Origin: Escherichia coli
Lineage (GTDB): Bacteria; Pseudomonadota; Gammaproteobacteria; Enterobacterales; Enterobacteriaceae
NCBI RefSeq assembly: GCF_003991155.1
Contig: NZ_CP031293.1
Reading direction: 5' to 3' (one strand)
Length of the DNA stretch: 64,000 bases
The position numbers and the translations under genes were made by a program. The notes beneath the pieces are model-generated. The model ran no database searches. It had not been told where the DNA came from and was given only the letters and a program-made list of their open reading frames with translations. Of this stretch, positions 11,604 through 22,541 are shown piece by piece; position 1 is the first letter of the stretch; every line of letters begins with the position of its first letter.

Positions 11604-11711
11604 ATGACGCTCGCAGAGCTGGGCATGGCCTTCTGGCATGATTTAGCGGCTCCGGTCATTGCTGGCATTCTTGCCAGCATGATCGTGAACTGGCTGAACA
11701 AGCGGAAGTAA
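11604..11711 (+). CDS. Type I toxin Ldr, copy 2 (identical peptide)
   Basis: 35-codon ORF identical in amino-acid sequence to copy 1, with one synonymous change. Confidence 0.85.
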   Translation: MTLAELGMAFWHDLAAPVIAGILASMIVNWLNKRK

Positions 11712-11761
11712 CGTGTCAGACGGGCGTCAGGCTGCCGTAATGGCAAGTTGCGCCCGGATCA

Positions 11762-11792
11762 GGCCGCAGGGGTGAAACTCTGCGGCCTTTTT
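11762..11792 (+). terminator. Rho-independent terminator of ldr copy 2
   Basis: Same hairpin plus T-run as copy 1. Confidence 0.7.
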
Positions 11793-11797
11793 CGTTC

Positions 11798-13477
11798 TTA
11801 TTGCGGGTAAGGCACCCAGTCGCCGCCGTTCAGGCGAACGTACGGTTTATCCTGGTATTGAATAACTACTGCATTTGAGTTCTCGGAGACCGGTGCTGTT
11901 TGTGGCAACCCACTGGTGAGTTTTTTCCAGTCAACATTGTCTTCGGAGAAAATCTTGCCATCAAGAACGCGAACCACCAGATCGGAGATAGCCAAGAAGC
12001 TGCTCGGTTGGTCGATGACAATCGGTGCCCCCTGATGTGGTGCCTTCATGCCGAAGAATTTCACCCCAACGGGGACGTCTGTGATAGACGGGCTAGGGAT
12101 ATCACGTAGGCCAGATACCTGCATTCTGTCGCCCTTCAGCGCGCCGCCGTGTTCCGGCACCACGACCACCATCACTTTACGACCCGATTTCTCCAGTTCA
12201 GTAAAGAAGGCGTCCAGTTCATCAAAGAATTTCTGCGCCCGCGCTTTGTAATCCGCTGTTTTGCTGACGCCCGGATAATGGTTGCCGTCATGCAGTGGAA
12301 GCGTGTTGTAGAACGTGGCACTACGGCTGTTTTTATCTTTTTCGGTAACGTCCAGCCAGCGGTTAAGCACGGCGGTATCGTCATAAACCGGCGAACCATC
12401 AAAGCCCAGCAAAACAACCGGCAGATTTGTTTGATCCATCAATTCGGTCTGCATGCCGCCATTTTCGCGAACTTCTTTCAAAAAACCGCCGAACTGGCCG
12501 TTATGTCCCATCATCAGGTGCTGGGTAAAGCCCAGTTTCGACAGGTTATCAAACAGATAGCAGTCGTTATTTGCCGGTTGATACAGATTAGTGTGCGAAG
12601 TCTGCCCGCAGCTGGCGCGCAGTAAACGGATCGCCGCCGGGCCACTGTAGGAGGTGGCGGAGTTAAAGTTCTTGAACTCAATATCGAAATGCGACCACAG
12701 CGGATGCGACATCAACCCGGCGGCTTCAATATCCGACCAGGAAAGCGAACAGATATTAATCACCAGTAGTTCAAATGGCTGAGCATCAGCGGGCAGCGAA
12801 GACGGGAAGATTGATTTACGTTTCGCCTCCGCGTTATAGAAATTATTCAGCCAGGCGTTAAGGTTCGCCGTTGTTGGCGGTGCAGTTTGTGCGGGCATAT
12901 CACCCACTACCGGTGCGCCACCCGTCGCCGCAACGGTTGCCGCTGCGTTACCGCCCGTCGTTGTTACAGTGGTCGTTGGTTGACCGGCTGGCCACAAGGA
13001 GAAACTTGGTCCCGCCAGGGTAAGTACGTTCAGCCATAGCAGAATGGCAACCACAAAAACGGTAATGCGAATCCATTGTGACAGGAATAACCAGGCCACT
13101 AATAAAACAAAAATGGCCCCAATCATCTGCCAGTTAATAAAGCGTGTGACAAGGTCGATTAAATAATCGGTACTGAACCCCGCCACCTGCGAACCCTGGC
13201 TCATTATGCTTTCCGGGCCAGGCAACCAGGTGTCATGCCAGAACAAAGCAAAGCCGATCGGCAGGGCAATCCAGTGGCGTAAGCGATGCAGGCTGTAGCG
13301 CGGAATGGGCATCAGCAGAAACGCGGCAAACACCAGATTGAGGAGCGGATGGAAGTTAAGATATCCCGCCCACAACAGGCCGAACTTAACCAGAAAATAG
13401 AAGTTCCAGCCGGAAAGGCCGCGCCAGTATTGCCAGAGGGAAGAAGGCATGGCGGTATTTTGCGTAAATTGAGTCAT
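11798..13477 (-). CDS. bcsG: Cellulose phosphoethanolamine transferase BcsG
   Basis: 559-aa ORF with N-terminal transmembrane segments and a sulfatase-like domain; last gene of bcsEFG. Confidence 0.95.
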
Positions 13478-13665
13478 TTTTTGGTTGCCCTGGCTTTTTC
13501 CGTGCGGCGTAACGTCCCGGCCGGTTTAACATAACGAGGTTTAGCAAAGAACAAACGTAAGGTGTCGCGAATGCGTCGCAAAGAGTGCCGCGCCAGATAG
13601 CCCAGCGGGAAAAATATCAGTGCGCAAACGACAATAATTTCAATGATATCGCTGATGGTCATCAT
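13474..13665 (-). CDS. bcsF: Cellulose biosynthesis small membrane protein BcsF
   Basis: 63-aa ORF with one transmembrane helix, start/stop-coupled to bcsE and bcsG. Confidence 0.9.
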
Positions 13666-15233
13666 GATGAGCGCTCCACAGCATCATCTAACAGTCGCAT
13701 TGGTTCTGGTATTCGTCGCCAGTGGCGACCATCGTGCTCGGCATTGATGACCGGTTTAGAACTTTGCGTTAAAGGCAGCGGCATGCCCCATTGTTCTGGG
13801 GCAAGCAGGCGCATCTGCACCAGCTCGGCACTGATTTGATCATCTTCAAACCAGACCATACGGTTTGAGAAAATGTCGCCAGTAGGCAATGGGAAAATAT
13901 GATTCAACGCGGTATCCAGATCGTTAATCCGACAGAATGAGAGAAACAGCACCAGCCGATTACCGCCAATGGTCATGATATCGCCGGTGCGATTAGGGCG
14001 ACATAGCGTCAGGGCTTGCTCAACGCGGATACCCGGTACCGGACGTAGGGCAACCAGAACGCCTTTACCGTGGGCAGGTAATAGAGGGTTATTCATCATG
14101 TTGTTGACGGCATTACAGAACACATCCCACTTCTGGAAACCACGCAGTTTGAGCGGCTGGGTCATTGACAGCAAGGTAGTGATATCTTCCGGCACATAGC
14201 GACTAAACTTCTGCCCTTGCACGCTTTCGATCATCGTCAGACAGCGGGAGAGTGGGGCATTCCATGGGATAACCATATTTGCACCGCAGGCCAATAACAA
14301 ACGTTCATCGGTGGCGCGCAGGCTAGCGGTATTTTCCCGTACGAGGATTTTCATCGCACTACCGCGCTGGCGACGCAGAGTATGAATGCTGCGGGCCAGT
14401 GGCTCGATTTGCGCATTTTGTTGTAAAGAAAAGACCACCGTCGCCGCCTGAGCGGTACGGGCTTCATTAAACAGGACTTCGTTATTGTTGAACAGTTGCC
14501 AGTGTTCCGATAGCGGCGGCGCACCTTCAAGTACAGAAACATTACTCAGAATGCGTTTTTCGTCGCTGCGTGGTTGGATTTCCGCCTCTTGGTGTTGAAC
14601 TAATGTCCAGCAACCATTTTGTTGCTGAACGCTAAGCTGCTGACGGGCGCTGACCCCTTTTTCGTTGCACCAGAAAGCAATATCCAGCAAATGTTGGTCG
14701 CCCTGAAAACGCAAACTGGCAAGACCAAAAAGTGACCGGTATTCCTCAAGTAACAATGAAAATTGTTTATCGTTATTATTTCCGGAATTAATTACCAAAA
14801 GCGAACAATGGTTTAGCCGGCTCCATTTATTCATTTTATCCAACCATGAGCGAAGCCGCTCGGCAGGAATGTTTTGCCATGCATTATTTGCGCAAACAAG
14901 AATAAAAAGGTAATTATGGGGATCAATAGAACACTGCAAATCACGGGCCAAATAGTATAGACCTTTTTCATGATTTAGCATCGAAAATAATGTTATTTTT
15001 TCCGGCCCTTGAGAATCATCTAATTGAAAGATTTTCGCCGGATCGCTGTCCATGCTAATGACCGCGACGTGTGCGGTTTCAGCCTGGGATGCAATTGTTT
15101 GATTCGCCAGACTGATAGCATCTTCATGGCGATCGACGTTAAACCACCAGACGCCGCCTGCTGGCATATGTCGCAGCTCATCCCATAATGATGAGATACC
15201 GATAGAGAATACAGGGTCCACAATGTCCCTCAT
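13662..15233 (-). CDS. bcsE: Cyclic-di-GMP-binding cellulose biosynthesis protein BcsE
   Basis: 523-aa ORF divergent from bcsR; recognised by context and recalled sequence. Confidence 0.95.
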
Positions 15234-15504
15234 GTCAACATTTTGTCTGATTATCAGTTTACTAGCGAAAGCTAAGAAATAAACCTACCATTGAAATTAA
15301 AACTTATCAGATTTAGCATGTGAATCAATTTAGCAGGTCACAAGACGTGTGATTTTAGTCTTTTCGTTTTTAACTTTTTTTGTTGCGTAACGGAAAGTCA
15401 AAAAGTGAGCAAATTCCCGTCTCGCCGTAAACAATAAACCGGCGAAATGCTCACGGTTAGAATTGTCTCATGAACGGTGCGGTTATTTCATAGGGATCAA
15501 GCAA

Positions 15505-15693
15505 ATGAATAACAATGAACCAGATACTCTGCCTGATCCCGCGATAGGCTATATCTTCCAGAATGATATTTTGGCGTTAAAGCAGGCATTTTCACTGCCT
15601 GATATTGATTATGCCGATATTTCCCAACGCGAACAGTTGGCCGCGGCATTAAAACGCTGGCCGTTGCTGGCAGAGTTTGCGCAACAAAAGTAG
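15505..15693 (+). CDS. bcsR: Cellulose biosynthesis regulator BcsR (YhjR)
   Basis: 62-aa product MNNNEPDTLPDPAIGYIFQ... from the internal ATG of ORF 15463..15693. Confidence 0.85.
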   Translation: MNNNEPDTLPDPAIGYIFQNDILALKQAFSLPDIDYADISQREQLAAALKRWPLLAEFAQQK

Positions 15694-15704
15694 GGGATTG
15701 GTGA

Positions 15705-16457
15705 ATGGCCGTACTGGGATTGCAGGGGGTGCGGGGAGGCGTGGGGACAACAACCATCACCGCCGCATTAGCCTGGTCATTACAAATGTTGGGAGAAAAT
15801 GTCCTGGTGGTCGATGCCTGCCCGGACAACTTGTTGCGCCTGTCATTTAACGTTGATTTTACCCACCGTCAGGGCTGGGCCAGAGCTATGCTGGATGGCC
15901 AGGACTGGCGTGACGCTGGGTTGCGCTATACCTCGCAACTCGATTTGCTGCCTTTTGGTCAGTTATCCATTGAAGAACAAGAAAATCCACAGCACTGGCA
16001 AACCCGGCTGAGCGATATTTGCTCCGGCTTACAGCAACTAAAAGCCAGCGGGCGTTACCAGTGGATTTTAATTGACTTACCGCGTGATGCCTCACAGATA
16101 ACCCACCAGCTGCTGAGTTTGTGCGATCACTCGCTGGCAATCGTCAATGTGGATGCCAACTGCCATATCCGACTGCATCAGCAAGCGCTGCCGGATGGCG
16201 CGCATATTTTGATTAATGACTTCCGTATCGGCAGTCAGGTTCAGGACGATATTTACCAGCTTTGGTTGCAAAGCCAGCGCCGATTACTGCCAATACTCAT
16301 TCATCGTGATGAAGCGATGGCTCAATGCCTGGCGGCTAAGCAACCAGTCGGTGAATACCGCAGTGATGCGCTGGCGGCTGAAGAGATACTGACGCTGGCT
16401 AACTGGTGCCTGTTGAACTATTCCGGGCTGAAAACGCCAGTCGGGAGTGCATCATGA
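15705..16457 (+). CDS. bcsQ: Cellulose synthase localisation ATPase BcsQ, intact
   Basis: Uninterrupted 250-aa ORF; codon 6 is TTG (Leu); ParA/MinD-like P-loop GVRGGVGTTT. Confidence 0.95.
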   Translation: MAVLGLQGVRGGVGTTTITAALAWSLQMLGENVLVVDACPDNLLRLSFNVDFTHRQGWARAMLDGQDWRDAGLRYTSQLDLLPFGQLSIEEQENPQHWQTRLSDICSGLQQLKASGRYQWILIDLPRDASQITHQLLSLCDHSLAIVNVDANCHIRLHQQALPDGAHILINDFRIGSQVQDDIYQLWLQSQRRLLPILIHRDEAMAQCLAAKQPVGEYRSDALAAEEILTLANWCLLNYSGLKTPVGSAS

Positions 16458-19078
16458 GTATCCTGACCCGGTGGTTGCTTATCCCGCCGGTCAACGCGCG
16501 GCTTATCGGGCGTTATCGCGATTATCGTCGTCACGGTGCGTCGGCTTTCAGCGCGACGCTCGGCTGTTTTTGGTTGATCCTGGCCTGGATTTTTATTCCG
16601 CTGGAGCACCCGCGCTGGCAGCGTATTCGCGCAGAACATAAAAACCTGTATCCGCATATCAACGCCTCGCGTCCGCGTCCGCGTCCGCTGGACCCGGTCC
16701 GTTATCTCATTCAAACATGCTGGTTACTGATCGGTACATCGCGCAAAGAAACGCCGAAACCGCGCAGGCGGACATTTTCAGGTCTGCAGAATATTCGTGG
16801 ACGTTACCATCAATGGATGAACGAGCTGCCTGAGCGCGTTAGCCATAAAACACAGCATCTCGATGAGAAAAAAGAACTCGGCCATTTGAGCGCCGGGGCG
16901 CGGCGGTTGATCCTCGGTATCATCGTCACCTTCTCGCTGATTCTGGCGTTAATCTGCGTTACCCAGCCGTTTAACCCGCTGGCGCAGTTTATCTTCCTGA
17001 TGCTGCTGTGGGGTGTAGCGCTGATCGTACGGCGGATGCCGGGGCGCTTCTCGGCGCTAATGTTGATTGTGCTGTCGCTGACCGTTTCTTGCCGTTATAT
17101 CTGGTGGCGCTACACCTCTACGCTGAACTGGGACGATCCGGTCAGCCTGGTGTGCGGGCTTATTCTGCTGTTCGCCGAAACGTACGCGTGGATTGTGCTG
17201 GTGCTCGGTTACTTCCAGGTGGTATGGCCGCTGAATCGTCAGCCGGTGCCATTGCCGAAAGATATGTCGCTGTGGCCGTCGGTGGATATCTTTGTCCCGA
17301 CTTACAACGAAGATCTCAACGTGGTGAAAAATACGATTTACGCCTCGCTGGGTATCGACTGGCCGAAAGACAAGCTGAACATCTGGATCCTTGATGACGG
17401 CGGCAGGGAAGAGTTTCGCCAGTTTGCGCAAAACGTGGGGGTGAAATATATCGCCCGTACCACTCATGAACATGCGAAAGCGGGCAACATCAACAATGCG
17501 CTGAAATATGCCAAAGGCGAGTTCGTGTCGATTTTCGACTGCGACCACGTACCAACGCGATCGTTCCTGCAAATGACCATGGGCTGGTTCCTGAAAGAAA
17601 AACAGCTGGCGATGATGCAGACGCCGCACCACTTCTTCTCACCGGACCCGTTTGAACGCAACCTGGGACGTTTCCGTAAAACACCGAACGAAGGCACGCT
17701 GTTCTATGGTCTGGTGCAGGACGGCAACGATATGTGGGACGCCACCTTCTTCTGCGGTTCATGTGCGGTGATTCGCCGTAAACCGCTGGATGAAATTGGC
17801 GGCATTGCTGTCGAAACGGTAACTGAAGATGCGCATACTTCTCTGCGTTTGCACCGTCGTGGCTATACCTCCGCGTATATGCGTATTCCGCAGGCGGCGG
17901 GGCTGGCGACCGAAAGTCTGTCGGCGCATATCGGTCAGCGTATTCGCTGGGCGCGCGGGATGGTGCAAATCTTCCGTCTCGATAACCCGCTCACCGGTAA
18001 AGGGCTGAAGTTTGCTCAGCGGCTGTGCTATGTCAACGCCATGTTCCACTTCTTGTCGGGCATTCCACGACTGATCTTCCTGACTGCGCCGCTGGCGTTC
18101 CTGCTGCTGCATGCCTACATCATCTATGCGCCAGCGTTGATGATTGCCCTGTTCGTGCTGCCGCATATGATTCATGCCAGCCTGACCAACTCGAAGATCC
18201 AGGGCAAATATCGCCACTCTTTCTGGAGTGAAATCTACGAAACGGTGCTGGCGTGGTATATCGCACCACCGACGCTGGTGGCGCTGATTAACCCGCACAA
18301 AGGCAAATTTAACGTCACCGCCAAAGGTGGACTGGTGGAAGAAGAGTACGTCGACTGGGTGATCTCGCGGCCCTACATCTTCCTTGTTCTGCTCAACCTG
18401 GTGGGCGTTGCGGTAGGCATCTGGCGCTACTTCTATGGCCCGCCAACCGAGATGCTCACCGTGGTCGTCAGTATGGTGTGGGTATTCTACAACCTGATTG
18501 TTCTTGGCGGCGCAGTTGCGGTATCGGTAGAAAGCAAACAGGTACGCCGATCGCACCGCGTGGAGATGACGATGCCCGCGGCAATTGCCCGCGAAGATGG
18601 TCACCTCTTTTCATGTACCGTTCAGGATTTCTCCGACGGTGGTTTGGGGATCAAGATCAACGGTCAGGCGCAGATTCTGGAAGGGCAGAAAGTGAATCTG
18701 TTGCTTAAACGCGGTCAGCAGGAATACGTCTTCCCGACCCAGGTGGCGCGCGTGATGGGTAATGAAGTTGGGCTGAAATTAATGCCGCTCACCACCCAGC
18801 AACATATCGATTTTGTGCAGTGTACGTTTGCCCGTGCGGATACATGGGCGCTCTGGCAGGACAGCTATCCGGAAGATAAGCCGCTGGAAAGTCTGCTGGA
18901 TATTCTGAAGCTCGGCTTCCGTGGCTACCGCCATCTGGCGGAGTTTGCGCCTTCTTCGGTGAAGGGCATATTCCGTGTGCTGACTTCTCTGGTTTCCTGG
19001 GTTGTATCGTTTATTCCGCGCCGCCCGGAGCGGAGCGAAACGGCACAACCATCGGATCAGGCTTTGGCTCAACAATGA
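16454..19078 (+). CDS. bcsA: Cellulose synthase catalytic subunit BcsA
   Basis: MSILTRWLL... start overlapping the bcsQ stop (ATGA); glycosyltransferase-2 motifs and C-terminal PilZ domain; 874 aa. Confidence 0.95.
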   Translation: MSILTRWLLIPPVNARLIGRYRDYRRHGASAFSATLGCFWLILAWIFIPLEHPRWQRIRAEHKNLYPHINASRPRPRPLDPVRYLIQTCWLLIGTSRKETPKPRRRTFSGLQNIRGRYHQWMNELPERVSHKTQHLDEKKELGHLSAGARRLILGIIVTFSLILALICVTQPFNPLAQFIFLMLLWGVALIVRRMPGRFSALMLIVLSLTVSCRYIWWRYTSTLNWDDPVSLVCGLILLFAETYAWIVLVLGYFQVVWPLNRQPVPLPKDMSLWPSVDIFVPTYNEDLNVVKNTIYASLGIDWPKDKLNIWILDDGGREEFRQFAQNVGVKYIARTTHEHAKAGNINNALKYAKGEFVSIFDCDHVPTRSFLQMTMGWFLKEKQLAMMQTPHHFFSPDPFERNLGRFRKTPNEGTLFYGLVQDGNDMWDATFFCGSCAVIRRKPLDEIGGIAVETVTEDAHTSLRLHRRGYTSAYMRIPQAAGLATESLSAHIGQRIRWARGMVQIFRLDNPLTGKGLKFAQRLCYVNAMFHFLSGIPRLIFLTAPLAFLLLHAYIIYAPALMIALFVLPHMIHASLTNSKIQGKYRHSFWSEIYETVLAWYIAPPTLVALINPHKGKFNVTAKGGLVEEEYVDWVISRPYIFLVLLNLVGVAVGIWRYFYGPPTEMLTVVVSMVWVFYNLIVLGGAVAVSVESKQVRRSHRVEMTMPAAIAREDGHLFSCTVQDFSDGGLGIKINGQAQILEGQKVNLLLKRGQQEYVFPTQVARVMGNEVGLKLMPLTTQQHIDFVQCTFARADTWALWQDSYPEDKPLESLLDILKLGFRGYRHLAEFAPSSVKGIFRVLTSLVSWVVSFIPRRPERSETAQPSDQALAQQ

Positions 19079-19088
19079 TGATAACGCG

Positions 19089-21428
19089 ATGAAAAGAAAA
19101 CTATTCTGGATTTGTGCAGTGGCTATGGGGATGAGTGCGTTCCCCTCTTTCATGACGCAGGCGACGCCAGCAACGCAACCACTGATCAATGCTGAGCCAG
19201 CTGTAGCCGCCCAGACGGAACAAAATCCGCAGGTGGGGCAAGTGATGCCAGGCGTGCAGGGCGCTGATGCCCCCATCGTGGCGCAGAACGGTCCTTCGCG
19301 TGATGTGAAGCTGACCTTTGCGCAAATTGCGCCGCCGCCGGGCAGCATGGTGCTACGTGGCATTAACCCGAACGGCAGCATTGAGTTTGGTATGCGCAGC
19401 GATGAAGTGGTGACGAAGGCGATGCTCAACCTCGAATACACGCCATCGCCATCGTTACTGCCTGTCCAGTCGCAGTTAAAGGTTTATCTCAATGATGAGC
19501 TGATGGGCGTGCTGCCAGTGACCAAAGAACAGTTGGGTAAAAAAACGCTGGCGCAAATGCCCATTAACCCACTGTTTATTACCGACTTCAACCGTGTGCG
19601 GCTGGAGTTTGTCGGCCATTATCAGGACGTGTGCGAAAACCCGGCCAGCACCACGCTTTGGCTGGATGTTGGGCGGAGCAGTGGACTGGATTTGACCTAT
19701 CAGACCCTGAATGTGAAGAATGACCTGTCACACTTCCCGGTACCATTCTTTGACCCGCGTGATAACCGCACCAACACCTTGCCGATGGTCTTTGCGGGTG
19801 CCCCGGATGTTGGGCTCCAACAAGCATCTGCCATTGTCGCCTCGTGGTTTGGTTCGCGTTCTGGCTGGCGTGGGCAGAACTTCCCGGTGCTCTATAACCA
19901 ACTGCCGGATCGCAATGCCATTGTTTTTGCCACTAATGACAAACGGCCGGACTTCCTGCGCGATCATCCGGCGGTAAAAGCCCCGGTGATTGAAATGATC
20001 AACCATCCACAGAATCCTTACGTCAAACTGCTGGTGGTCTTTGGTCGTGACGACAAAGACCTGTTGCAGGCAGCGAAAGGTATCGCTCAGGGTAACATTC
20101 TGTTCCGTGGTGAAAGCGTGGTAGTGAATGAAGTGAAACCGCTGCTACCGCGTAAGCCGTACGATGCGCCGAACTGGGTGCGTACCGATCGTCCGGTCAC
20201 CTTTGGTGAACTGAAAACCTATGAAGAACAGTTACAATCCAGCGGTCTTGAGCCAGCAGCGATTAACGTTTCGCTAAATCTGCCGCCGGATCTCTACCTG
20301 ATGCGCAGTACCGGCATTGATATGGATATCAACTATCGCTACACCATGCCGCCGGTGAAAGACAGTTCGCGGATGGATATCAGCCTGAATAACCAGTTCC
20401 TGCAATCCTTCAACCTGAGCAGTAAACAGGAGGCGAACCGCCTGCTGCTGCGTATTCCGGTATTACAAGGTTTGCTGGATGGCAAAACGGATGTCTCTAT
20501 TCCGGCGCTGAAACTGGGCGCGACCAACCAGTTGCGGTTCGACTTTGAGTATATGAACCCGATGCCGGGCGGTTCGGTGGATAACTGTATTACCTTCCAG
20601 CCGGTGCAGAATCATGTGGTGATTGGTGACGACTCCACCATCGACTTCTCGAAGTATTACCACTTCATCCCGATGCCGGATCTACGCGCCTTTGCTAACG
20701 CGGGCTTCCCGTTCAGCCGGATGGCGGATCTGTCACAAACCATCACCGTGATGCCGAAAGCGCCTAACGAAGCACAGATGGAAACCTTGCTGAATACTGT
20801 TGGCTTTATCGGTGCGCAGACGGGCTTCCCGGCGATTAACCTGACGGTGACCGATGATGGCAGCACTATTCAGGGCAAAGATGCCGACATCATGATCGTC
20901 GGTGGTATCCCGGACAAACTGAAAGACGACAAGCAGATCGACCTGTTGGTGCAGGCGACCGAAAGCTGGGTGAAAACGCCGATGCGCCAGACCCCGTTCC
21001 CCGGCATTGTACCGGACGAGAGCGATCGCGCGGCAGAAACTCAGTCAACGCTGACCTCTTCCGGTGCGATGGCAGCGGTGATTGGCTTCCAGTCGCCGTA
21101 TAACGACCAGCGTAGCGTGATTGCGCTGCTGGCAGATAGCCCACGCGGTTATGAAATGCTTAACGATGCGGTGAACGATAGCGGCAAACGCGCCACCATG
21201 TTCGGTTCGGTCGCGGTGATCCGCGAGTCCGGTATCAATAGCCTACGCGTTGGCGACGTCTATTACGTTGGCCATCTGCCGTGGTTCGAACGCTTATGGT
21301 ATGCGCTGGCAAACCATCCGATTCTGCTGGCGGTGCTGGCGGCAATCAGCGTCGTGCTGCTGGCATGGGTACTGTGGCGTTTGCTGCGTATTATCAGCCG
21401 TCGTCGTCTTAACCCGGATAACGAGTAA
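19089..21428 (+). CDS. bcsB: Cellulose synthase periplasmic subunit BcsB
   Basis: MKRKLFWICAVAMG... signal peptide; 779 aa; C-terminal transmembrane anchor. Confidence 0.95.
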   Translation: MKRKLFWICAVAMGMSAFPSFMTQATPATQPLINAEPAVAAQTEQNPQVGQVMPGVQGADAPIVAQNGPSRDVKLTFAQIAPPPGSMVLRGINPNGSIEFGMRSDEVVTKAMLNLEYTPSPSLLPVQSQLKVYLNDELMGVLPVTKEQLGKKTLAQMPINPLFITDFNRVRLEFVGHYQDVCENPASTTLWLDVGRSSGLDLTYQTLNVKNDLSHFPVPFFDPRDNRTNTLPMVFAGAPDVGLQQASAIVASWFGSRSGWRGQNFPVLYNQLPDRNAIVFATNDKRPDFLRDHPAVKAPVIEMINHPQNPYVKLLVVFGRDDKDLLQAAKGIAQGNILFRGESVVVNEVKPLLPRKPYDAPNWVRTDRPVTFGELKTYEEQLQSSGLEPAAINVSLNLPPDLYLMRSTGIDMDINYRYTMPPVKDSSRMDISLNNQFLQSFNLSSKQEANRLLLRIPVLQGLLDGKTDVSIPALKLGATNQLRFDFEYMNPMPGGSVDNCITFQPVQNHVVIGDDSTIDFSKYYHFIPMPDLRAFANAGFPFSRMADLSQTITVMPKAPNEAQMETLLNTVGFIGAQTGFPAINLTVTDDGSTIQGKDADIMIVGGIPDKLKDDKQIDLLVQATESWVKTPMRQTPFPGIVPDESDRAAETQSTLTSSGAMAAVIGFQSPYNDQRSVIALLADSPRGYEMLNDAVNDSGKRATMFGSVAVIRESGINSLRVGDVYYVGHLPWFERLWYALANHPILLAVLAAISVVLLAWVLWRLLRIISRRRLNPDNE

Positions 21429-21434
21429 TTGAAG

Positions 21435-22541
21435 ATGAATGTGTTGCGTAGTGGACTCGTGACGATGCTGCTGCTGGCTGCCTTTAGTGTTCAGGCAGCC
21501 TGCAACTGGCCTGCCTGGGAGCAGTTCAAAAAGGATTACATCAGTCAGGAAGGGCGCGTCATTGACCCCAGCGACGCGCGTAAAATCACCACTTCCGAAG
21601 GGCAAAGTTACGGCATGTTCTTTGCCCTGGCGGCTAACGACCGTGCAGCTTTCGATAATATTCTCGACTGGACGCAGAACAATCTCGCTCAGGGTTCTTT
21701 AAAAGAACGTTTGCCCGCATGGCTGTGGGGCAAGAAAGAGAACAGTAAGTGGGAAGTGCTGGACAGCAATTCGGCCTCCGATGGTGATGTCTGGATGGCC
21801 TGGTCGTTGCTGGAGGCGGGGCGTTTGTGGAAAGAGCAGCGTTATACCGACATCGGCAGCGCGTTGTTAAAACGTATTGCGCGGGAGGAAGTGGTGACGG
21901 TGCCTGGGCTGGGTTCCATGTTGTTGCCGGGCAAAGTGGGATTTGCAGAGGATAACAGCTGGCGTTTTAACCCCAGCTACCTGCCGCCGACGCTGGCGCA
22001 GTATTTCACCCGCTTTGGCGCGCCGTGGACTACGCTGCGCGAAACCAATCAACGTTTATTGCTGGAAACCGCCCCGAAAGGCTTTTCGCCAGACTGGGTG
22101 CGCTATGAGAAAGACAAAGGCTGGCAGCTAAAAGCCGAAAAAACATTGATCAGCAGCTACGACGCGATCCGCGTTTACATGTGGGTAGGCATGATGCCTG
22201 ACAGCGATCCGCAAAAAGCGCGGATGCTCAACCGGTTTAAACCGATGGCGACATTCACCGAGAAAAACGGCTATCCGCCAGAAAAAGTGGATGTGGCTAC
22301 GGGGAAAGCGCAGGGTAAAGGACCGGTCGGTTTTTCTGCCGCCATGCTGCCCTTTTTACAAAACCGCGATGCACAGGCCGTTCAGCGCCAGCGCGTGGCC
22401 GATAACTTTCCCGGCAGCGATGCCTATTACAACTATGTGCTGACCCTGTTTGGACAAGGCTGGGATCAACACCGTTTCCGCTTCTCGACAAAAGGTGAGT
22501 TATTACCTGACTGGGGCCAGGAATGCGCAAATTCGCACTAA
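21435..22541 (+). CDS. bcsZ: Endo-1,4-beta-glucanase BcsZ (GH8)
   Basis: [21 protein letters not shown] signal peptide; 368 aa from the ATG at 21435. Confidence 0.9.
   Translation: MNVLRSGLVTMLLLAAFSVQAACNWPAWEQFKKDYISQEGRVIDPSDARKITTSEGQSYGMFFALAANDRAAFDNILDWTQNNLAQGSLKERLPAWLWGKKENSKWEVLDSNSASDGDVWMAWSLLEAGRLWKEQRYTDIGSALLKRIAREEVVTVPGLGSMLLPGKVGFAEDNSWRFNPSYLPPTLAQYFTRFGAPWTTLRETNQRLLLETAPKGFSPDWVRYEKDKGWQLKAEKTLISSYDAIRVYMWVGMMPDSDPQKARMLNRFKPMATFTEKNGYPPEKVDVATGKAQGKGPVGFSAAMLPFLQNRDAQAVQRQRVADNFPGSDAYYNYVLTLFGQGWDQHRFRFSTKGELLPDWGQECANSH

Larger units (their letters stand above)
10919..11795. repeat. Two tandem long direct repeats (LDR), each about 390 bp and each carrying an ldr toxin gene and an rdl antisense RNA
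   Basis: Near-identical segments 10919..11312 and 11404..11795, starting at TCGTAGAATCAGCGGCAAGCCGG and ending at the GGCCGCAG...CTGCGGCCTTTTT terminator. Confidence 0.85.

Noticed and set aside
10919-11795. Repeat structure that could be mistaken for a CRISPR-like array
   Set aside because: There are only two copies of a roughly 390-bp unit, each containing an ORF and a terminator; this is the ldr/rdl long direct repeat, not short repeat-spacer architecture.
16406-16453. Upstream extension of bcsA (MPVELFRAENASRECI...) and similar extensions for eptB, yhjV, bcsR, bcsB, pdeH, yhjC, gadA, gadE, hdeB, yhiD, chuV
   Set aside because: These are in-frame read-throughs of upstream sequence in the six-frame track; the internal ATGs match the recalled native N-termini and have better SD spacing or start-stop coupling.
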